A stretch of DNA of 64,000 nt from NCBI GenBank assembly GCA_963801795.1, contig CAWDFZ010000005.1:484664-548663 (forward strand). The letters are read 5' to 3'. The position numbers and the translations under genes are program-made. Source of the DNA: Ilumatobacteraceae bacterium (GTDB lineage Bacteria > Actinomycetota > Acidimicrobiia > Acidimicrobiales > Ilumatobacteraceae). Shown one piece after another: positions 57,502 to 64,000 of the stretch (position 1 is the first letter of the stretch; the number at the start of each line of letters is the position of its first letter). The notes beneath the pieces are model-generated. The model was not told where the DNA came from. It saw nothing but the letters and a program-made list of their open reading frames with translations, and searched no databases.

Positions 57502-58374
57502 TCACGAACCGGATTCGTCGTACCAGCGGCCGATGACGAGCTTGCGAAGCAGGCCGAAGAAGAAGAACACGACGATGCCGAGGACGCACGGCCACGATCA
57601 GGGCGCCGTACAGCTGGGGGAAGCGCGCCTTCTGGCGGAAGAGTTCGGCGACCACGCCGATGCCGGGCTTCTGCCCCGAGCGGAAGAACTGCTCGCCGAC
57701 GATGGCACCGATCACGCTGAGGCCGGCCGAGATCCGGAACCCGACGAAGATCGACGGCAGCGCGGCAGGGAACTGCAGCTTGGTCAGCCGGGTCCGACGC
57801 GACACGCCGCGCAGCGTGAACAGCTCGTGCATCGAGTGTCGACCGAGGTGAGCCCGAACAGCGTGTTGGTGACGATCGGGAAGATCGAGATCATCACGCA
57901 CACGAAGATGCGCGCGCCCATCCCGCCGCCGAACACCGAGTTGATCAGCGGCACGATGGCCAGCACCGGCAGGGCCTGGGCGGCGACGAGGTACGGGTAC
58001 ATCGACCGCTCCATCCACCGCGCCTGGGCCATCAGCGACGGCGAGCGCGATGCCGAGCACGATGCTGATCGACAGCCCGACCACGGCGGCGAACGTCGTC
58101 CAGGCGATGCCCGTGATGTACTGCTGGCGCACGACGGAGTCGAGGAAGCCCTGGTCGAACACGGTGGCCAGGGACGGCAGCAGGAAGCCGGGCTTGTCGA
58201 AGAACCGGCGCATGCCGTCGCGGTGGAAGTACTCCCACAGCAGGATGAACAGCACGAGGAACACCAGCGGTCCGACGATCGAGCTGACGAGCGTGCCTCG
58301 AGCGCCGCGGCCGGACGGCTTGACCGTCTCGTCGGCGCCGGGTCGGCACCGAGGGCGATCCCCGAACCCGCCAT
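57502..58374 (-). CDS. ABC transporter permease (NitT/TauT family), frame-disrupted
   Basis: LFILLWEYF..., LPSLATVFD and the EAA-like [31 protein letters not shown]. Pieces are 57784..58374 and 57443..58264. The hand-read end is ...[14 protein letters not shown], with the TGA codon occupying 57502-57504. Confidence 0.75.
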
Positions 58375-58435
58375 GACGGCGTCGACGCGCTCCTCGGAGG
58401 CAGACGTCCGCGTGTCAGGTCGTTGCCCACGGTGC

Positions 58436-59231
58436 TCATGCGTGGGCTCCGCGCAGCGCGTGGGAGATCTCGCCGCTCAGCTCGCCGAACGCCGGCTCGA
58501 AGCGCAGGTCGGGCACCCGGGGGTACTCGAACGGGACGTCGAACTCGCCGATGATCCGCCCGGGGCGAGCGCTCATCACGAGGATGCGGGTCGACAGGAA
58601 CACGGCCTCGCTGATCGAGTGGGTGATGAACAGCCCGGCGAATCGCTTGCGCATGAACAGCGAGATCACCTCGTCGTTCAGCCGTTCCCGGGTGATCTCG
58701 TCGACCGCGCCGAACGGCTCGTCGAAGAGGAACACCTTCGGGTCGAGCACGAGGCTCCGGGCCAGCGAGGCGCGCATCTTCATGCCGCCCGACATCTGCC
58801 GCGGGTACTTCTTCTCGTGCCCGGCCAGGCCGACGAGGTCGATGTTCTCCTGCGCCCGCCGCCGGGTCTCGTCCTTCGACAGGCCCTCGAGTTCGGCGAG
58901 CAGCTCGACGTTCCGCATGCACGGTGCGCCAGGGCAGCAGCGTGGCGTCCTGGAAGACGTAGCCGAGCCCGGTGCGGTCGATCGTGACCGACCCGGTCGT
59001 CGGGTTGGTCAGGCCCGAGGCGATCCGCAGCAGCGTCGACTTCCCGCAGCCGGACGGGCCGACGACGGTGACGAACTCGCCCGGGTGCACGTCGAACGTC
59101 GTCTCGTCGAGGGCGTGCGTGCCGTCGGAGAACGTCATCGACACGCCCCGGAACTGGAGCGCAGGGGTCGGCCTCGACTCGTCGGCGAGGATGTCGGTCA
59201 GCGGGAGGCCGGTCGGCGATGCTTCGGTCAT
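58436..59231 (-). CDS. ABC transporter ATP-binding protein (NitT/TauT family), one frame change
   Basis: Walker [12 protein letters not shown], signature [15 protein letters not shown] and Walker [12 protein letters not shown]. Pieces are 58032..60011 (from ATG 59231) and 58436..58918. Confidence 0.85.
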
Positions 59232-59233
59232 GG

Positions 59234-60011
59234 TCAGTGCATGATCATTCCACCGGTGACGTTCAACGCCTGTCCGGTGCAGTAGTCGGCGTCGCCCGAC
59301 GCCAGGAAGAGGGCCATCGCGGCCACGTCGGCCGGTCGGCGCAGGCGCCCGAGCGGTGACTTCGCCGACCACTCGGCGACCATCTCGGGCGTGCGGCGTG
59401 GCGGCGCCCATCTCGGTCAGCACGTAGCCGGGACAGATCGAGTTGACGGTGATCCCGTGGCAGCCCGAGCTCGACGGCCGACACCTGGGTGAGCGAGATG
59501 ACGGCGGCCTTCGACGCCGCGTAGTGCGCCTGGCTCGGCGGCGCCGACCTTGCCGCCCATGCTCGCCATGTTGACGATCTTGCCGCCGTCGCCCTGGGCG
59601 ATCATCGTGCGGGCGGCGACCTGGGTGGTCAGCAGCATCGCCCGGACGTTGACGGCGAAGATCCAGTCCCATTCGTCGGCGGAGATGTCGAGCAGCGGCG
59701 TGATGCGGAAGACGCCGGCGTTGTTGACGAGCACGTCGATGCCGCCGAGTTCGCCGATCGCGGTGTCCATCGCGGCCGTCGGTGCTCGCCGCGTCGTCGA
59801 GGTCGCACTCGCACGGCGGTTCCGCCGATCTCGTCGGCGACCGACTGCGGCCTCGTCGACGAGCCGGTCGAGGATCGGCGACGCGGGCGCCTTCGGCGGC
59901 GAACGCGGTGACGATCTCGCGTCCGATGCCTTGTGCTCCGCCGGTGACGACGACTCGAGCACTGGTGAAACGGAACGGTCGGCGACCGTCGCTCTCGCCC
60001 CTCATGACCAT
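59234..60011 (-). CDS. Short-chain dehydrogenase/reductase (classical SDR), frame-disrupted
   Basis: [31 protein letters not shown], and the hand-read end ...[16 protein letters not shown], with the TGA codon occupying 59234-59236. Pieces are 58032..60011 and 59417..59962. Confidence 0.8.
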
Positions 60012-60063
60012 GATCGCGCCATCCTAGATTGGTGACCGCGAGAGGCCCCGCTCGCGCCATCTG

Positions 60064-61270
60064 TTAACTCTGGATTTCGCCGATCGGGCGCCCGAATCGC
60101 AGGCGGATGCGGTCGGCCGGGCCCCAGCGCGATCGCCTCGCGCAACGTTGCGGCCCGGACGGCGATCAGGTGCGCCGGTGCGCCCGACGGCGACCGCCGG
60201 CGGCGGATGACCGAGCACGCAGGCCGGCGCCGCCGACACGGCCCGCCAGGCCTCGCTGGGGCGTGAGGTGGGCGGCCATGATCATCAGCCCGGCGGTCTC
60301 GAACGGGCAGGCGCGCCCGACCGGATTGAACGGGTCCTGCAGGTTGTCGGCACCGGCGGCGACGGTCGCGCCGGCCTCGCTGCAGGGCGGCGACGGCGGT
60401 CAGGCCGCGAGGCATCGGCGCGGTGCCGCGACCCTGGCAGGAAGAGGTTCGTGTGGGGCAGTGTGACGATGTTCACGCCGGCCGCGGCGACGAGCTCGGC
60501 GACGCGCCGCTGCTCGGCGTGCGGGCGCTGGCCGAGGCTCACGCAGTGGCTGGCGGTGGCCGGATGGGCGAACCCGGCGAGCACCGCACGGCACAGTTCG
60601 CTGAGCCCGTCGACCGTCGGATCGAGCGTCTCGTCGGTGTGGAGATCGACGCCGACGCCGAAGTCGGTCGGCGACGCCGAGCAGGACATCGGTCGCCGCA
60701 CCGAGGTCGTCGTCGAGATGCGGACACCCACCGACGAGGTCGGCACCGGCGGCCATCGCCTCGCGCAGCAGCGCCCGCTGGTCGGCGCCGCCGACGCCGG
60801 TCACCGGCCAGCCGCACAGGGCGACGATCTCGATCGAGATGAGGTCGCCGAGCCGTTCGCGCACGGCGACGAGGGCCTCGACGCTGCGCAGGCCGTTCTC
60901 CAAGGTGACGTCGACGTGGGTGCGGACCGCGACGTAGCCGTTGTGCGCCATCAGTCGGGCCGCCCGCTCGGCCCGTTCGGTGATGTCGTCGACCGTCGTC
61001 AGATGACGGCTCGCCGCCATCGCCTCGATCGCACCCATCAGATCGCCCGTCGGATTGGCGATGCGTTCGGCCAGGAACGCCTTGTCGAGGTGGGCGTGCG
61101 GCTCGACCGCGGCCGGCAGCGAGCAGCCGACCGTCGAGATCGATCACCTCGGCGCCCGACGTCGTGTGTCGGTCGTCCCGATCGCATCGATGAAGCCGTC
61201 GACCACGTGCACATCGGTGAGCACGTCGCTGCCCGTCGAGCCGGGCGTTCATGAGGAGCGTCGCGGGCAT
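60064..61270 (-). CDS. Metal-dependent amidohydrolase, cytosine deaminase-like, frame-disrupted
   Basis: MPATLLMNARLDG..., VAVRTHVDV, DLVGGCPHLDD, VDLHTDETLDP, HPATASHCVSLG and APAHLIAVRAATLREAIA. Pieces are 60539..61489, 60400..61038, 60285..60746 and 60002..60415. The TAA codon, read by hand, occupies 60064-60066. Confidence 0.7.
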
Positions 61271-61288
61271 GTGCGCGAAACTACGTCC

Positions 61289-62474
61289 ATGAGCGATCGA
61301 CCGGAACTGAAATTGGGCGCGTTCTTCTTCGGCGGGGTCGAGATGGACGATGCCGGCGCCGGCGCGCCCGCTCCGATGGACCGTCGGTTCTCGAACGAAG
61401 CCTGCTGGAAGGCCACCCTCGACTACGTGAACTCCGCCAAGGAGGCCGAACGGCTCGGGTACGACTCGTTCTGGACGACCGAGCACCACTTCCAGTACGA
61501 GGGCTACGAGGTGATCCCGAACGGCATCTGCTGATCTCCACGTGGATCGCCGCGCAGACCACGACGCTGCGGTTCGGTTCGATGTTCAACGTCGTGCCGC
61601 AGTGGAACCCGTTGCGTCTCGCCGAGGACTTCGCCACGCTCCACAACCTGTCGGGCGGCCGGGCGATGCTCGGCGTCGGTCGCGGCACCGTGCCCCGCGA
61701 GGTGCTGCACCTCAACGACAAGGGCGTGTCGATCGGGTCGCAGGACAACCCCGACCAGGCCGCCGACGATGCGTTCAACCGCGAGGTGTTCGAGGAGTCG
61801 ATGGAGATCGTGCGTCGCGCGCTGACCGAGGAGATCGTTCTCCTACCAGGGCAAACACTTCCAGATCCCGCTCCCCGGCATCCCCGATCGCGGCTCGACG
61901 GTGCAGGAGCTCACGCTCGTGCCGCGGCCGTTGTATCCGTTCGAGATCTGGCAGGCGGTCACGTCGCCGCCGACGCTCGACTACGTGCCCGTCGTCGACC
62001 ACGGCGCCGTGTTCTGGAACCAGCACTACTCGTTCATCAAGCGGTTCTGGGACCGTACGCCGAGAACTACGCGGCCGCCCACGACGGCCACGAGCTCGCC
62101 GATCACGAGAAGCGGATGCTGGTCGTGTCAACGTCCGGGTCGAAGACACGATGGAGCAGGCCCGGGCCTCGGCGCTCGCCGGCCACGACGAGTTCTGGAA
62201 GTTCCTCGGCCCGTACGGCTGGAGCCGCGGCTACATGGGTCCCGACGGCAAGCCGTCGGCGCCCGGCCTGATCCCGACGCTCGACGAGTCGATCGAGAAC
62301 AAGACGATGCTCGTCGGCCCGCCGGAACACGTCGCCGCCGAGGTGCAGTTCCTCCGCGACCTCCTCGGCTTCGACCACCTCACGATCTTCCCGCACCTGC
62401 TCGGCGACCCGTACAAGAAGGCCGACGAGCAGATGGCCCGCTTCGCCGAGGAGGTCGTGCCCCTCCTGTCGTGA
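61289..62474 (+). CDS. LLM-class (luciferase-like) flavin-dependent oxidoreductase, frame-disrupted
   Basis: AEDFATLHNLSGGRAMLGVGRG, FWTTEHHFQYEGYEVIPN and GPPEHVAAEVQFLRDLLGFDHL. Pieces are 61055..61534 (from ATG 61289), 61582..62271, 61901..62482 and 61542..62474. Confidence 0.8.
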
Positions 62475-62496
62475 ATCGGTGACCGGCGGTCGGCGA

Positions 62497-64000
62497 TCAG
62501 CCGCCGGCCGCGGAGCCGATCAGGGTTCGTGGGTCGGCCGCGCCGGCGAACATCCCGTCGGGTTCCACGACGATGGCATGGGCGTGACCGAAGCCGGAGT
62601 CCCAGGCGGCGCGGCTGGACGTGCGGTGGCCGAGGTCGGCGAGGTCACGGGCCCACGACTGCCGGAGCGTGCCCTTCGACCGACACCCCGATCCGGTCGG
62701 GCGCCGTCCACGTGTCGAACCCGGTGGCCGGACCGTGGAGCGCCCAGCGGCCGGCGTTGATCGCCGTCGCCGGTGACTGCCGGTGGCGGAAGAGCCGGGT
62801 GGCGACCTGCAGCAGGATCTGCGGCTGGGCGTCGCCGCCCATCGTGCCGAACACCGCGGCCAGGGCGCCCCGCCGGCTGGCGAGCGCGGGCGACAGCGTG
62901 TGCGGCGGTCGGCGACCGGGCGCGAGTTCGGCCGGGTGCCCCGCCGCGAGGTGGAAGCCGATCCCACGGTTGTGGAGGTTGATGCCCGTGGTCGGCTCGA
63001 CGAGGTGACTGCCGAAGCCCGACGCGTTCGACTGGATGAGCGACACCCCCATGCGGACGCCGGCGCGGTCGACACCGGCCGTGCAGAGATACGTGGTGTC
63101 GCCGTCGTTCGTCGGCGAACTGGCGCGTCGACGCTCGCTGCGGATCGACGAGATCGAGCCGGGCGTCGATCGCGGCGAGCAGCTGCCGCTCCGTCGGCGC
63201 CGTCGTGGAGGACGTCGGGCCGGTCGAAACCGGCCGCGGTGGCGGCCTCGATCAGGAGATGCGCCCACCGCGGGTCGTCCGGATCGTCGGGCAGGTCGAG
63301 GCGCTCCGCGAGGCGACAGCCCCCGAGGGTCAGATAGCCCTGCGAGTTCGGGCGCGATCGTGTGGAGATCGACACCGAACGCGCTCGTCGTGAGCGGCTG
63401 CTCCCACGTCGCCTGCGAGGTGGCGAGGTCGTCGGCGACGAACAGGCCGTCGCCGAGCTCGATGAGCCCATCGCCGAACGCGCCGCCGTAGAAGGAATCA
63501 CGCCCACCTCGCGCCAGTGCGGCGAGCGCCAGCGCCACGCCGGGGCGCCGGACGCGGGCTCCGGCCGGGTGGCCTGCTCGGCGAGCTCGGCCGAGTTGGA
63601 CGCGCGACGGCTGATCGAGCCGGCCGAGCGAGGCGACGAGCAGCGGGCTGGCCGGGAAGCCGTCGGCCGCCAGCGCCCTCGCCGGTGCGAGGAGCCGCTC
63701 GATCGGCAGGCTCCCGAAGCGGGCATGGAGTGCCATCCACCCGTCGACGCATCCCGGCACCGTGACCGACCGGACGTCGAGCTTGAACGGCATCGCGGAC
63801 AGGCCCTCGGCGCGCATCGCCGCGGGATCCGCGCCCGAACCCGCCCGTCCGCTGGCGTTCAGCGCCACGACCTCGGTCTCTCCAGCCGGGTCCTCGCGGT
63901 GGACGATGGCGAACAGGTCGCCGCCCATGCCGCAGAGGTGCGGCGCCGTGACGGCGAGGACGGCGTTCGTGGCGATCGCGGCGTCGACGGCGTTGCCGCC
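62497..64000 (-). CDS. ggt: Gamma-glutamyltransferase (Ntn hydrolase), 5' end outside the window, frame-disrupted
   Basis: GGDLFAIV, the nucleophile region GDTTYLC, FGTMGGDAQPQ, and the end ...GAADPRTLIGSAAGG*. Pieces are 62645..63928 and 62497..63726. The coding frame continues to the right edge. Confidence 0.85.

Overview
This is a high-GC (about 70% by eye), densely coding, Actinomycetota-type chromosomal segment. I found no rRNA, tRNA, CRISPR, transposase, integrase or phage genes.

Left ~37 kb: cell-envelope glycan biosynthesis.
- aroA is followed by a complete decaprenyl-phospho-arabinose (DPA) donor set: a UbiA-type DPPR synthase, DprE1 and DprE2, with a HAD-IB phosphatase and a SAM methyltransferase embedded.
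- Two OafA-like acyltransferases are present.
- A seven-gene operon runs GT4 / Ppm / two paralogous membrane proteins / GT2-GtrA / GT2-methyltransferase / membrane protein. Most of its junctions are overlapping stop/start codons.
- On the minus strand an AftD-family arabinofuranosyltransferase sits with two SDR epimerases, a GMC flavoprotein, a second Ppm-type synthase and a PIG-V-like GT-C.
- An AapJQMP-like amino-acid ABC operon sits between the two halves.

Right ~27 kb:
- AlkA-like glycosylase, enoyl-CoA hydratase and an Opp/Dpp peptide ABC operon.
- A three-subunit xanthine-dehydrogenase-family molybdoenzyme and a purine phosphoribosyltransferase.
- An M50-CBS protease, a CrtI-like oxidoreductase, and creatininase-family and M20 amidohydrolases.
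- An L,D-transpeptidase with a Thr/Pro/Ala repeat tail.
- A NitT/TauT-type ABC operon with an SDR and a cytosine-deaminase-like amidohydrolase.
- An LLM oxidoreductase and a gamma-glutamyltransferase truncated by the window edge.

Major caveat: almost every gene changes reading frame several times, so I chained ORF-track fragments by hand. Gene ends are anchored where ATGA/GTGA/TGATG stop-start overlaps are preserved; other boundaries are approximate. The pattern looks like indel error rather than biology, but I cannot prove that.

Most interesting items:
- the split DPA/AftD glycan locus with a possible second flavoprotein+SDR lipid-sugar epimerisation module;
- the tandem paralogous membrane proteins;
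- two small palindromic repeat families in intergenic spacers.

I see no defence-type or mobile system.
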